Shown: positions 1-11,043 of the stretch, in pieces
Position numbering within the stretch: the first letter of the stretch is position 1
Layout of the letters: every line of letters begins with the position of its first letter
IMG/VR virus record: IMGVR_UViG_3300045988_176782
Span: 103,279-167,278 of that record
DNA from: a virus
Direction: 5' to 3' (one strand)
DNA: 64,000 nucleotides
Translations under genes and position numbers: made by a program
The notes under the pieces: model-generated
What the model saw: only the letters and a program-made list of their open reading frames with translations
What the model was told of the DNA's origin: nothing
The model's database searches: none

Positions 1-891
1 GTGGAAAAAGAAGTAGGAGATAATTTTCTTCGTAGTAAAATCTATACTACAACCTCCGGAAAACACCTACTTTTTATTAAACTTCTCGCCGCCGCAACAA
101 TTACACTAAACATTAATGCTTCTTTTGTTGATTGGGGCGACGGCACACAAAGTACTACTCTATCCCATACCTATTCTACTGCCGGCGCATACACTATAAA
201 ATGTGATGGTACAACACTAAAGGCAAACTTCATTTCTCCTAACAGCATTTTATATGAGGCGCATTTTGCAAAAGGCTTAACCACCATACAACAAAATGCC
301 TTTTCCAATCAAACTTTTCTCCAAATTCTAACGCTGCCTTCTTCTTGCACCAATATCGCTGCGGAAAATGTATTTAACGGTTGCGTTAGTTTAAATGCGT
401 TAGTGTTTCCAGCTAATTGTTCTATTACAAAGTTAAATGCTGTAAAAGTTTAGAATATAATTTTGCCTTCTACAATTTCTGAACTACCTTCTTCCTACAA
501 CAATAGTAATCCCTCTCTAAAACAAATTACTTTGCCTGAAGGTATAAAGGAAATTCCCGCCGCGTCCTTTTTGTATAATTATGGTTTGGAGCAAATTCAT
601 TTACCTTCTTCTTTGGTTTCTATTGGCTCCAATGCCTTTAAAGGATGCGCGAATTTACAAAAATTGGAAATCCCGCAATCAATTACTACCTTAAGTGTTG
701 ATTGTTTTAGGGATTGCACTGGCTTACTTTCTATTAAATTAAAGTCTCCTACGCCTCCTATTCTCCAAAATGGGCTTGTGTTTGATAAGTCAGCTTGTCC
801 CATTGTTGTGCCTAAAGGGACACTTACTACCTACAAAAACGCAACAAATTGGATATTACTCCAAGACCGCTTAAAGGAGGCCGTGCAATGA
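1..891 (+). CDS. BspA-type leucine-rich-repeat protein, 5'-truncated at window edge; one in-frame TAG (451-453) read through
   Basis: ORFs 1-453 and 463-891 share one frame and are joined by TAG. Repeated units such as LPSSLVSIGSNAFKGCANLQKLEIPQSITTL are typical of BspA-like LRRs. Stop is TGA 889-891. Confidence 0.7.
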
Positions 892-1061
892 TACAACAAA
901 AAATATATTCAACAATTCCACTTATTTACGAAACTAAAAGTGACCGTAATATGTGGATTAAAAGCGAACTTTCTGGCGCACTTTATGTTATTGCCTATGA
1001 CCCTATTCCAAAAAAATATAGCGAAACGGAGGAACCAATAAATGAGTCAACGAGTGATTGA
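888..1061 (+). CDS. hypothetical small protein (57 aa)
   Basis: ATGA start/stop overlap with the upstream gene; intact ORF; no motif recognised. Confidence 0.45.
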   Translation: MIQQKIYSTIPLIYETKSDRNMWIKSELSGALYVIAYDPIPKKYSETEEPINESTSD

Positions 1062-1707
1062 CCTTGCTAAAAAGATTTCTCCTCCTCTCCCTTGGGGTAA
1101 TTAGGGTGAGGCAGGAGCGACAGATTTATTCTTAGATATAAGTGAATTTTATATGGCCGATCCGAATGGGAAAGCCATTGTTACTTTTACCCGTCAAGAT
1201 GGACATACTTACATACACAAATTTTAGTTAGAAAATAAAAACCTATTCATAACCTTAACTGCTACCGATACACAATTAGTGGGGAAATGTGAAGTTTAGA
1301 TTAATTGGCTTTCTAAAGGGAACCGATTAACTAAATCTTATAATTATAAAAGTTTTATTCTCCCCGCTGCGTCAGAAAAGCCCTTCCCATTAACAGAAGA
1401 AAGTGTTGCTGCTTTAGATAATTTGCAATCTTATATTGAAGATGCCAAAAAAATTCTTGAAGAAGCTAAACTTAAAAAACAAATTATCTTCTGTGATGAA
1501 CTTCCATTGGAAGGTTTGAGTGAGTTTGTCTATTTACTATCAAAAGATAAAGGATTATATTATTGGTCTGATGGCTGGTATTTGCTTAATCCTAAAAGTT
1601 CTGGCGGCGGTTTAGGAGATTATGATTTTGTTTTTGGCGGCAATGCTGAAGGTCCCACAAATGAAAGTCAGTGGATTGGAGGTACTGCTAGCCAAGTAGA
1701 CCCTTAA
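1042..1707 (+). CDS. virion/baseplate-like protein, three in-frame TAG (1102, 1225, 1297)
   Basis: ATG 1042 follows GGAGG. ORF 1423-1707 is in the same frame. The N-terminal WGN*GEAGATDLFLDI resembles the BppU-N type 'QGD' motif. Confidence 0.55.
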
Positions 1708-1727
1708 TTCTTCATTGAGGTGATATT

Positions 1728-2987
1728 ATGGCAATAAGTCTTAACACCAGAATTTGCCTACGCAATGATACGGCAGCTCGCTGGGTTGAAGTAAACCCTA
1801 TTCTTAAAAAGGGCGAAATTGGCGTAGAAAATGATACTGGTAAGTTTAAAATTGGTAATGATGAAAGTAATTGGAACGACTTAGATTATGCCAATAGCGG
1901 CTCTGATGTATCTGTTGCCGCGCACTATGAAGGTGAAGCCGCAGAAGGCGAAACCGATGAAGCTGTTATTGCTCGTGTTATGGGCGCAACTGCCCCTGCA
2001 AATGACGACATTTTTGTTGTAAAACGTGTAATTAACGGCGAAAAGAAATCTTACACTTCTTACGTTTACAATGGCACTGCTTGGGCTGCGATGGATGGCA
2101 ATTATAATGCTAATAATGTGTATTTTGATGCTGATTTTGTCGCAACAGAAAAAGTTGGTACTATTACCATTCCCGCTTCTGGCAGCGCCACTGTAACAGC
2201 AGCAGGCAAAAATGTAAAAGAAGTATTGGCTTCTATTCTTGCGCAAGAAAAGAATCCTACTGTTACCCAACCCTCTGTTTCTGTTAATATAACTAATTCT
2301 ACCAAAGCATTAGAAGTAGGCTCTAAAGTAATTCCTACCTATAAAGCTACTTTTAATGCTGGTTCTTATTCTTATGGCCCTGCTACTGGCATTACTGCAA
2401 AGACTTGGGAAATTACCAACTCTGTAACTGATGAAACATTAAATACTGCCGAAGGTTCTTTTGCAGAACTAACTGTGGCAGACAACACCAACTTCTCTAT
2501 CACTGCTAAAGCAACCTATGAAGGTGGCGCAGTTCCCAAAACCAATATCGGCAATGAAAAACCCAATTTAGCTATCGCGGCTGGTTCCAAGAGCGCCGTT
2601 AGTTCTGCTAAAATTACTGGCTATCGTAATTTCTTCTACGGTTTTGTAGCCTCTAGTTCTGCCGATGTCCCTGTTGATAGCGCGCTAGTTCGTAGTTTAA
2701 CTGCTGGCGGCGCTTATAATGCAAAAAAATCCTTTACGATTAAAGCTGCAAACACTGCTGGCGCAAAGCGTATTGTTGTTGCGATTCCTGCTAACTCTAC
2801 TCGTAGCGGCTTAATTTCTGTTTCTCTTGATAGCACTATGAATCTTGACATTACTGCTGAATATAATCAAATCGCTAATGTTAATGTTGAAGGCGCTAAT
2901 GGTGCTACCGCAATTCCTTATAAGGTTTGGGTATATGAACCTGCTGAATTAGGCAGCGACCAAATTCAAACCATTACTTTAGGTTAA
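1728..2987 (+). CDS. tail-fibre-like protein with Mtd_N/hyaluronidase-type N-terminal domain
   Basis: N-terminus LNTRICLRNDTAARWVEVNPILKKGEIGVENDTGKFKIGND matches the RIQLRRDT..W...NP.L..GE motif of phage fibre N-domains. GAGGTG RBS. Confidence 0.7.
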   Translation: MAISLNTRICLRNDTAARWVEVNPILKKGEIGVENDTGKFKIGNDESNWNDLDYANSGSDVSVAAHYEGEAAEGETDEAVIARVMGATAPANDDIFVVKRVINGEKKSYTSYVYNGTAWAAMDGNYNANNVYFDADFVATEKVGTITIPASGSATVTAAGKNVKEVLASILAQEKNPTVTQPSVSVNITNSTKALEVGSKVIPTYKATFNAGSYSYGPATGITAKTWEITNSVTDETLNTAEGSFAELTVADNTNFSITAKATYEGGAVPKTNIGNEKPNLAIAAGSKSAVSSAKITGYRNFFYGFVASSSADVPVDSALVRSLTAGGAYNAKKSFTIKAANTAGAKRIVVAIPANSTRSGLISVSLDSTMNLDITAEYNQIANVNVEGANGATAIPYKVWVYEPAELGSDQIQTITLG

Positions 2988-3001
2988 GGAGGTAAGTGAA
3001 A

Positions 3002-4603
3002 ATGGCTGAAATTAAAAAGGTATTTAATGCGTCTTCCTTACCTATTGCGTTTTCTCGTGGTAATCCTATTCCAATTGACAAGAGTTCTGTATGGTACTCT
3101 AAAACGGATATGGAAAATTACGCTAAAACTGGCGCAACCGCTTATGTTGGTCAAATTTTAGCATTAGTTGATGACGTAAATAACACTTCCACTGCATACA
3201 TTATCACCGATACTACTGGCACTTTAAAGGAAGTAGGCAGTGCAACTATAGGTGATAATAAAACTATTGTATTAAACGAAGGTGCGCTTTCTTTAAAAAA
3301 CTGGGGCGTTGAATATTACCGTTGGGTAGATGCAGTAGGAGAAGAAGGGCAAGAAGGCTATGTTGCTGGGCATCATGAAAAGCAAATCGTTGATGAAACT
3401 CACCCTTGGATTGCTGGCTTAGAGCCTAAAGCAATCGCAGGCATTGATGGCACTTTTGAAATTGCTTGGTATCAGCCTTCTACTACAACTGTTGAAGGTT
3501 TAAATTCTGCTATTGGTTCTTTGCAAACTTCTGTAAATGAAATTAATAGTGCATTAGGTAATGCTGAAACTGCAGGCACCATTCGCGGTGATATTAAAGC
3601 TAATAATGATGCTTTAACCACTAAGCTCGCTCTCGCCGGTGGCACTATGACTGGTGATATTATCCTAACCGACGGCGGTAAAGCTATTTCTGATACTGCT
3701 GTTGCTGGTTTAATCGCATCTGCTGGTCATATTAAGCGCACAATTGTAGAAGTTTTACCTGAAGCCTCTACGGCTAATGCCAATACCATTTATATGGTTA
3801 AGGATGCTACAGTTACTTCTGGCGACGCATATAATGATTATATGCTTATTGACGGGGCACTAGTCCAAGTCGGCGGCACAAGCGTTGATTTAAGTGGCTA
3901 TGCTACTACAGAAGCAGTAAGTGAAGTTCAAACTGCTTTAAACAACCATAAAGCTGACACAACTCTACACATTACTAATGAGGAACGTTCTGCTTGGAAT
4001 AATAAGGTTGATAAGGCAGAGGGAAAATCTCTTGTTGCAGATGAGCAAATCACCAAGTTATTTGGTCTTGCTAACATCAAAACGATTGGGAAGAACCTTT
4101 CTCTTTCTGAAGATGGTGTTCTTGCTGCATTAGCAGAACAATATACTCTTCCTGCTGCAACCGCTAGCGACCTTGGTGGTGTCAAGAAGGGTGATGGCCT
4201 TTCTATTACCACTGAAGGTGTTTTAGCCGTTCAACTTAACACAGAAAAAGCCAACGGTCTAACTGTCAGTGCGGATGGCCTTGAATTAGCTCTAGCTTCC
4301 AATACTACCGCGGGTGCAATGAGTGCTGCCGAACATGTAAAGTTAGCCAATTTGGTAGAAAATGCACAAGCAAATATCATTGAGGGTGCTTTATTAGGTA
4401 CTGTTGCCGCAACAATTGATGAGAATAAGAATCTTGTTATTCCTGTTGCAACAGAAACCGCGCTTGGCCTTGTTAAAGGTAGTAAGGAAGATAATGAAAT
4501 TACAATCCAAGGAAATGGCGAAATGGAAGTTAATCGTCTTTCTGTTGGTAAGTTATTTGTTCCAGAAAATGAAGAGTTCATTATTAATGGTGGGAATGCT
4601 TAA
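3002..4603 (+). CDS. tail fibre protein
   Basis: AAGGAGG lies 9 nt before ATG 3002 (GTG 2996 is too close to the RBS). Ala/Thr/Gly-rich fibre-like sequence in the structural operon. Confidence 0.6.
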   Translation: MAEIKKVFNASSLPIAFSRGNPIPIDKSSVWYSKTDMENYAKTGATAYVGQILALVDDVNNTSTAYIITDTTGTLKEVGSATIGDNKTIVLNEGALSLKNWGVEYYRWVDAVGEEGQEGYVAGHHEKQIVDETHPWIAGLEPKAIAGIDGTFEIAWYQPSTTTVEGLNSAIGSLQTSVNEINSALGNAETAGTIRGDIKANNDALTTKLALAGGTMTGDIILTDGGKAISDTAVAGLIASAGHIKRTIVEVLPEASTANANTIYMVKDATVTSGDAYNDYMLIDGALVQVGGTSVDLSGYATTEAVSEVQTALNNHKADTTLHITNEERSAWNNKVDKAEGKSLVADEQITKLFGLANIKTIGKNLSLSEDGVLAALAEQYTLPAATASDLGGVKKGDGLSITTEGVLAVQLNTEKANGLTVSADGLELALASNTTAGAMSAAEHVKLANLVENAQANIIEGALLGTVAATIDENKNLVIPVATETALGLVKGSKEDNEITIQGNGEMEVNRLSVGKLFVPENEEFIINGGNA

Positions 4604-4666
4604 TTATTAAATTAATTATTCTCTTTTATAAAATACTTGCACATACACAACGAGGTGTAATTATTT

Positions 4667-6523
4667 ATGGCTGAACACATTTTAAATACACGGATTACTC
4701 TAAAGTATGATACTTATGAAAATTGGCAAAAATCTACTTTAGTTCTGAAAGCTGGCGAAGTTGCAATCTGCGCAGTTCCAAGTGGTGTAACTGTTGAAGG
4801 CATCGCTAAGCCACCCGCCGTTCTTCAAAAAATTGGCGATGGTGTAAATGTCTTCAAAGATTTACCCTGGCTTCAAGCCGTTGCTTCTGATGTTCATACT
4901 TGGGCAAAAGCAGCGAGCAAACCTACCTATAAAGCAGATGAAATTACTGGCTTAGACACTTACATTACTGGTCAGATTCAAGATACTGATACTCAATATA
5001 CAATTGTTAAAGGCGACAACGATTATACATATAAGTTAATGTCTCGTGCTAAGGGCGCAGAGAATTACTCTACTGAGGTCGCTACTTTATCCATTCCCGA
5101 CCCCAGCGCGGATATTAATGTTCTTAAGGCCCTAGTTGGTGATACCGCAGTCGCTACTCAAATTAGCGAGGCTATTGCTGCTTTAAAACTAAGCGATACT
5201 TATGAGCAAAAGGGTGCTGCCGCAGCTGTAAAGACTGCTTTATTAGGCGACGCCGCGGAATCTTATAATACTTTAGGTAAGTTAGAAGATGCTGTAATTG
5301 CTGCGAAGGCCTCTGCCGATGAAAAAACTACTATGGCTGCCGTAGAAGCCAAAGACTATGCCACTAAGACAGAAGCCCAAGGCTACGCTACTGCTGTAGT
5401 TGGCGCGGCTGCAGATACCGTAGATAAGGACACTGTAAAGGGTGCCAAAGCTTATGCTAAGGGCCTTAATGATGCCACCAACACTCGCGTAGAAGCTCTA
5501 GAAACTGCCATTGGCGAAGGCGGCTCTGTTGATTCTCAAATTGATGCTAAGATTGCAGAACTGGATGCGGCAGAGGTTGCTGTTGGCACAGGTGAAATTA
5601 TTGAGAAGATTTCTCAAACCGACGGTAAGATTTCTGTAAGTAAGCGCGCTTTGGCTGCAGGCGATATTCCCACAATTGAACAGAATCAAGTGAATGGCCT
5701 TGCTGGCGCTCTGGCCGCAAAACAAGATACCTTGGCCTTCCAAAGCGACAACTATGATAAAGAAACAAATAAGGCCATCACTAAGAGCGACTTAGACACA
5801 GCTATTGCGGGCTTGACAGGCGTAACTCACTTCAAGGGCGTAGTAGAGAATCTACCTGTTTCTGCTGAAAACGGCGATATTTACATCAAGACTGATGGCA
5901 CTGAGCATATTTATGTAAAGCCTGATGCCGCGACAGAAGGCCGTTTTGAAGAACTGGGCGATCAAAATTCCCATATCAAGCACGGCACTGTTGTAGATAG
6001 CGATATTGCCGCTAATGCTGCTATTGCTCAATCCAAGATTGCCGGTCTAACCGATGCCTTAGCCGCAAAGGCTAACACTGCTGACCTTGGTACCATGGCC
6101 GTAGAAACCGCCACAAATTATATCAAGAAAACCGAAGCTTCTGGTTATGATGATATTCTAACCACTGCTGTTGCTGGCACAACTTACGAAACCAAGAAAG
6201 ATGCTACAGCTAAGCTAACCGAAGCTAAGGGCTATGTTGATACTGAGCTTGGTAAGCTAGACCTTACAGAAGTTACTGCTGGCCAAGGCACAATCATTGG
6301 AGCGATTTCTCAAACCGATGGTCTTATTAGTGTATCTACTCGTGAATTAACTGCTGATGACATCCCTGTTTTAGCACAAAGCAAAATCACTGGTTTAGAG
6401 GCCGCTTTAAATGCGAAGGCAAATGACGCTGATTTAGCAGCAATTGCAAAGAGCGGCTCTACTGATGATTTGATTCAAGGAACAGATACCTTAGTCTTTA
6501 ATTGCGGCGGTGCGAATGCGTAA
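4667..6523 (+). CDS. tail fibre protein, Mtd_N-type N-terminus and internal duplication
   Basis: N-terminus ILNTRITLKYDTYENWQKSTLVLKAGEVAI. The segment G.IIe.ISQTDG.ISVS.R.L.A.DIP...Q....GL..AL.AK occurs twice (about 5590-5720 and 6290-6420). Confidence 0.7.
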   Translation: MAEHILNTRITLKYDTYENWQKSTLVLKAGEVAICAVPSGVTVEGIAKPPAVLQKIGDGVNVFKDLPWLQAVASDVHTWAKAASKPTYKADEITGLDTYITGQIQDTDTQYTIVKGDNDYTYKLMSRAKGAENYSTEVATLSIPDPSADINVLKALVGDTAVATQISEAIAALKLSDTYEQKGAAAAVKTALLGDAAESYNTLGKLEDAVIAAKASADEKTTMAAVEAKDYATKTEAQGYATAVVGAAADTVDKDTVKGAKAYAKGLNDATNTRVEALETAIGEGGSVDSQIDAKIAELDAAEVAVGTGEIIEKISQTDGKISVSKRALAAGDIPTIEQNQVNGLAGALAAKQDTLAFQSDNYDKETNKAITKSDLDTAIAGLTGVTHFKGVVENLPVSAENGDIYIKTDGTEHIYVKPDAATEGRFEELGDQNSHIKHGTVVDSDIAANAAIAQSKIAGLTDALAAKANTADLGTMAVETATNYIKKTEASGYDDILTTAVAGTTYETKKDATAKLTEAKGYVDTELGKLDLTEVTAGQGTIIGAISQTDGLISVSTRELTADDIPVLAQSKITGLEAALNAKANDADLAAIAKSGSTDDLIQGTDTLVFNCGGANA

Positions 6524-6530
6524 TTAATAT

Positions 6531-6561
6531 GGGGAGGAATTTTCCTCCCCTTATTTTTTTT
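6531..6561 (+). terminator. intrinsic terminator
   Basis: GGGGAGGAAT/TTTCCTCCCC hairpin followed by a T-run. Confidence 0.8.
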
Positions 6562-7014
6562 AAAGTGAAGACTTATTGTTTATTTTTTATTATAATTATT
6601 AAAGTTTGAATTTAATAAAATTTGACTTTTATGGAAATTTAATATACACTAATTAAAAAAGAAAATGATAGACAATTGTAAATACAAATTTGATTTAAAA
6701 AAAATTTTCCCTTTGTAATTTAATTAATTCTTTTGAGTCACTTAATAAGAAAATTAAATTCGTTAAATTAGTGAAGGAAAATATTTTAATCTTTAAAGTC
6801 TATCTTCTCCGTCAAAAACGGCAAATAAAGGATTTATAAAAAGTTTCTTTTATAGAAGAATTTATTAACAAACAAAATGTTCTATTAGAATGATTACTTA
6901 TAAAATTTAATTAATTTTGGCTAGAAGAATTCTTCTTGCCGCATATTTGAGTTGAAAAAAGATACTCAAAACAAATACTCGTTCTGAAAGTGACGAACAA
7001 AAGGGGTAATTTGT

Positions 7015-8136
7015 ATGGCAGAAAAAATATTGCAAACAAGAATTTAGTTAAAATATGATACTGAAACCAACTGGAATAAAGCTACAAATTTTATTCCTAA
7101 AGCTGGCGAAATTATTTTATATTCTGATGGCGGCGGTACTGGTATTCCTAAAATGAAAGTTGGGGATGGAAGTACAAAAGTTGGAAATTTAAAATTTCTT
7201 AAAGGAGATGGAGAATATCTAACCTCTGTCCCTGCTGGGACTTGGACTTGGACTAATGGTACATCTGCAGGGCCTACTGCAAAATTAACTATTGACTCTA
7301 ATGCAACAACTATCGGCGCAATTCCAGCTGCTTCTTAGAGCCAAAGTGGTATAATTACAACAACTTCTCAAGTCATTTCTGGTAATAAAGCTATGTTAGG
7401 TAATTTTTCTGTTGGTAGCAGAACTGATGCAAATTTATATACTTTAAATATTAGTCGTAAAAGTGCTTCTGATGCATCTTCTATGCTGTTTTAGGGCTAT
7501 ATTAATGAAACCGCAAACAATTTTCAAATGTGCATTTATCGTTATGGAATAGATAATACCGAAGCTTGGCGTTTAATTCTAAATTTTTTAAATGGAACAA
7601 TTACAAGTGATTCTACTACTCCAATTACTCTTGGTTCTGCGGACATTCCTTGGACTGCTGTTTATGCTAAGAAATTTGTTGGTGGTGAAGCCACAACTTC
7701 CGTAGCAGGTTTGATGAGTGCAGAAGATAAAACTGCCCTTGATAGTTTAAGCGCTGTTTTTGGTGGCAGTTCTTCTAGTTCAGCTGGCACAAAAGGTCTT
7801 GTTCCTGCTCCTGCAAGTGGGCAACAAAATTATGTTTTACGTGGCAATGGCAGTTGGTCTCAATCTGTTGTTTCTACTACTGCGACACTAACTGCCAATG
7901 GCTGGTCTTCTTCTACACCACACACTCAAATCATTAGTGTTAGCGGTATTACTACGAATTCTAAGGTAGTAATTGATGTTAATTTAAGCGGACAAAGTTC
8001 TGACAATATTTCTAGTATTCTTGAAAATTGGAGTAATGTTAATGATATTCAAACTAATAGTGGCGCATTAACAGCTTATTGCTATGGTGATGTTCCTACA
8101 GTTAATTTGCCAATTAATATTATTGATATTAAGTGA
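7015..8136 (+). CDS. tail fibre paralogue, three in-frame TAG (7045, 7336, 7492)
   Basis: ATG 7015; ORFs 7153-7338 and 7528-8136 are in the same frame. N-terminus MAEKILQTRI*LKYDTETNWNKATNFIPKAGEI is paralogous to genes 1728, 4667 and 11208. Confidence 0.7.
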
Positions 8137-8145
8137 GGTTAAGTT

Positions 8146-9261
8146 ATGGGACAATGTTTAATTACACGTCGTGGTGGAAAGACATCTGTAAATACTGACT
8201 TGCCTGCTTTAGATAATAATTATCCTCAAGATGTTATAATTTGGGGAGGAGAAGCAAATGCTTCTTTTAAAGTTGTAATTAGTCGGGCCGGAACCGACAC
8301 AAATTATGCCTATCAATGGTTTAAGGATGGTGCAGTAGTTGGGACTGCTGCAACATATTCAGAAACGACACCTACTGATTATGGTTCTCACACTATACAA
8401 TGCGTTATAACTACCTCTTAGGGAATTATATCTTCTCGTATTGCCACTTATATTGTAAAGAATCCTAATTTCTTATATTCATACACTGGTAATATAACTA
8501 CCGGTTCCAATAATACCTTCTATCTTACTACAAGTGGCACCTTAAATATTGCTAATTATGGTAAAAATGAAGATGGAATGTTTGATATTTTTCTCCTTGG
8601 TGGCGGTGCAGGTGGAGCTGTTACTGGCCTTGGTGGTGGCGGTTATTATACTATTACTTCAAAGAAGAAATTAGAAAAAAACACTAATTATCAGTTTATC
8701 ATCGGTGCAGGCGGCGCGGCTGGTTCTTTAACTGCGGCAGGCGGTAATGGCGGCTCAACTACGACGACTATTAGCAATATTAATGAAGGAGCGGGCGGAA
8801 AAGCTGGCAACAGAGTTGACGCATATATTAGTTGTACTTGCCAAAGTCCTAATGGCACAGCGGGTAATATTTACGAATATAGATATGGTTATAATCAAGA
8901 TACAGGTGTTTATACTATTACAAATCGCAGTTCTGTAGGGAGCGGAAGTCGGACTTTAAATTTATTATACCCATTAAAACAAGTTTCTGCTTTATATAAC
9001 GGCTCAGCTATTAATGTTTATCTCGCTCCAAATAAAATTGCTTATTGGTGTTATATTACAGAGCAAAAGACCATTTCTAGTAATAATGCAACTGCTGGTG
9101 CGGGCGGTTCAATAACATATATATTTGGAAGTAACTCTAATCTTCAGGTTAGCGGTCCAGGCGTGTTTAACAGCAATGCTGCTTTACGTTATGGCTAGGG
9201 CGGTAATAATAATATTTTAGCAGGTAAGAATGGACTAGCCGCGATTAGGTTTAGTTCATAA
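8146..9261 (+). CDS. Ig-like plus glycine-rich-domain tail protein, two in-frame TAG (8419, 9196)
   Basis: ORFs 8146-8421 and 8578-9198 are in the same frame and continue to TAA 9259-61. The YQWFKDGAVVG...HTIQCVIT Ig-like unit, GGGAGG tracts and ...GLAAIRFSS end parallel the next gene. Confidence 0.65.
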
Positions 9262-9271
9262 GGAGTAAAAA

Positions 9272-10315
9272 ATGAGTTCTTGTTTATTAGTGCAAAGTCT
9301 TAAAGAAAAGAAAATCCCGCCTACTTTATCACCTTATCAGCCTGCTAATGCCACAGCTTGGCAAGGTGATTCGGCAACTTTTTGGGTAGAAATCGCCACT
9401 CCTGGTGTCCCTGCGGAATATACTTATCAATGGTACCGTGATGGAGCAAAATGGTCCGGAGCGACAAAAGCAAGCGTCAGTTGGAGTAGTGCATCTATTG
9501 GAGTGCATAGTATTTATTGTATAATATCTAATGCCGCTGGAGAAGTAACAAGTCGTACAGCCACATTGACGGTAAAGAACCCCAATATGACTTACACCTA
9601 CACTGGCGGCCATGAGAAGATCGACGACGGAAGCGGCAACTGGCGCATCAAGTTCAAAAGCAGCGGCACGTTGAAATTTACCAACCTTGGCAAGTGGGAC
9701 GGCAAGCTGGACGTGTTCTGCGTGGGTGGAGGTTGCGCAGGTGGTAGCGGCTACTGGGACGCAGGCAACGGCTACGGTAAAGCTGGTAGTGGTGGGTACA
9801 CCACAACCCAAAAAAGTGTCCAATCAGCCGCAAATGTCTCTTATAACATTGTTATCGGTGCAGGTGGACAAAGTGCCTTTGCGTCTGGTGGAAACACTAC
9901 CGCTTTTGGTGTGGCGGCTGGTGGCGGCACGAAGCTGGGAGGTGGCAGCGGCGGCGGCGCTTATGGTAACAGAGAAGTGAACAACGGCGGCTCGGACGGC
10001 GGCAATGGCGAACCGCAGAACGCCGCCAACATCGGCATTGACCATTGGGGTTCCCCCGGCAAGGGGCAGGGAACCACGACCCGCGAGTTCGGCGAATCCA
10101 CCGGCACCCTCTACGCGGGCGGCGGCGGTGCTGGCGGAAACGGCTCCGCACAGGCCCATGGCGGCGCTGGCGGTGGCGGAAATGGCGCGTGGAATGGGCA
10201 CCCACAAACAAGTGGCACGGAAAACACCGGTGGCGGTGGTGGTGGCATGTACTATGGCCTAACTGTCCTGGGCAAAGGTGGTAGTGGCATAGTCGTCATA
10301 CGTAATCACCGATAA
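9272..10315 (+). CDS. Ig-like plus glycine-rich-domain tail protein (paralogue of 8146-9261) with a GC-rich C-terminal half
   Basis: YTYQWYRDGAKW...IYCIISNAAGEVTSRTATLTV followed by GGGxGG tracts ending GSGIVVIRNHR. Intact ORF. Confidence 0.75.
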   Translation: MSSCLLVQSLKEKKIPPTLSPYQPANATAWQGDSATFWVEIATPGVPAEYTYQWYRDGAKWSGATKASVSWSSASIGVHSIYCIISNAAGEVTSRTATLTVKNPNMTYTYTGGHEKIDDGSGNWRIKFKSSGTLKFTNLGKWDGKLDVFCVGGGCAGGSGYWDAGNGYGKAGSGGYTTTQKSVQSAANVSYNIVIGAGGQSAFASGGNTTAFGVAAGGGTKLGGGSGGGAYGNREVNNGGSDGGNGEPQNAANIGIDHWGSPGKGQGTTTREFGESTGTLYAGGGGAGGNGSAQAHGGAGGGGNGAWNGHPQTSGTENTGGGGGGMYYGLTVLGKGGSGIVVIRNHR

Positions 10316-10336
10316 ATGGTGGTAAAGGAGTGTTTG

Positions 10337-10612
10337 TTTATGAATTATAATTATGCTTTAATTTCTGACGGTGTTGTGCAAAATGTTATTTCGCTTTATC
10401 CAGGAAATGCGAAAGAATTTCCCACTGCAGTTCCTTTAGATGATTATCCAGTTGCAATTGGAGATACTTATGATGGAACTTATTTTTATCGTAATAATGA
10501 GCAATTAAAAACTGAAAAGCAATGTTTTCAAGAAGAAAATACAAAACTTGTCGCGGCTTTTTCAGCTTTAGGCTTAGATTTTAATTCTATGGAGGAAACA
10601 ACAAATGAGTGA
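10337..10612 (+). CDS. hypothetical protein
   Basis: AAGGAG RBS before ATG 10337 (ATG 10316 is also in frame). Confidence 0.5.
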   Translation, partial: FMNYNYALISDGVVQNVISLYPGNAKEFPTAVPLDDYPVAIGDTYDGTYFYRNNEQLKTEKQCFQEENTKLVAAFSALGLDFNSMEETTNE

Positions 10613-11012
10613 TAATCGTTATCTTGATGCTATTTTAGAATTATGCGAAGCTATGAAAAAAGCGGGTTTTTTCTTAACTGATGAGCAAGCATTAGAAGTA
10701 CAAATTATCTATCCAATTTGGACTTCTACTGGTACTTACGCAGTAGGGGATAGAGTGCGATATAATAACGCCCTTTATCGTTGCCTTATCGCTCATACCG
10801 CTCAAGAATCTTGGACTCCTGAAGCCGCAGCTAGTTTGTGGGCAAAAATCTTAACTGACCCAAGTGGTGGGATTTTACCTTGGGAGCAACCCGACAGCAC
10901 TAATCCATACAAGAAGGGTGATAAGGTTACTCATAATGGTAAAACTTGGATAAGCACAATTGATAATAATGTATGGGAACCAGGCGTTTATGGTTGGGAA
11001 GAAGTTCAATAA
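10605..11012 (+). CDS. carbohydrate-binding (CBM5/12-like) protein
   Basis: Two units of the type Y.vGD.V.YNn.lY.C..AHT....W.P....SLW (GDRVRYNNALYRCLIAHTAQESWTPEAAASLW; GDKVTHNGKTWIST). Confidence 0.55.
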   Translation: MSDNRYLDAILELCEAMKKAGFFLTDEQALEVQIIYPIWTSTGTYAVGDRVRYNNALYRCLIAHTAQESWTPEAAASLWAKILTDPSGGILPWEQPDSTNPYKKGDKVTHNGKTWISTIDNNVWEPGVYGWEEVQ

Positions 11013-11014
11013 AT

Positions 11015-11043
11015 TTGATTTTTTATAAAATTTTCTTTATAAT
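11015..11043 (+). promoter_or_regulatory. sigma-A-type promoter TTGATT-N17-TATAAT
   Basis: -35 at 11015-20, -10 at 11038-43. Confidence 0.6.

Noticed and set aside
9329-10284. Cluster of long overlapping ORFs on both strands (9329-9823, 9687-9980, 9824-10207, 9897-10211, 10005-10262, 10045-10284).
   Set aside because: They lie inside the GC-rich half of gene 9272-10315 and have Arg/Ala/Gly-rich low-complexity translations and no RBS. This is the typical stop-poor artefact of high-GC sequence.
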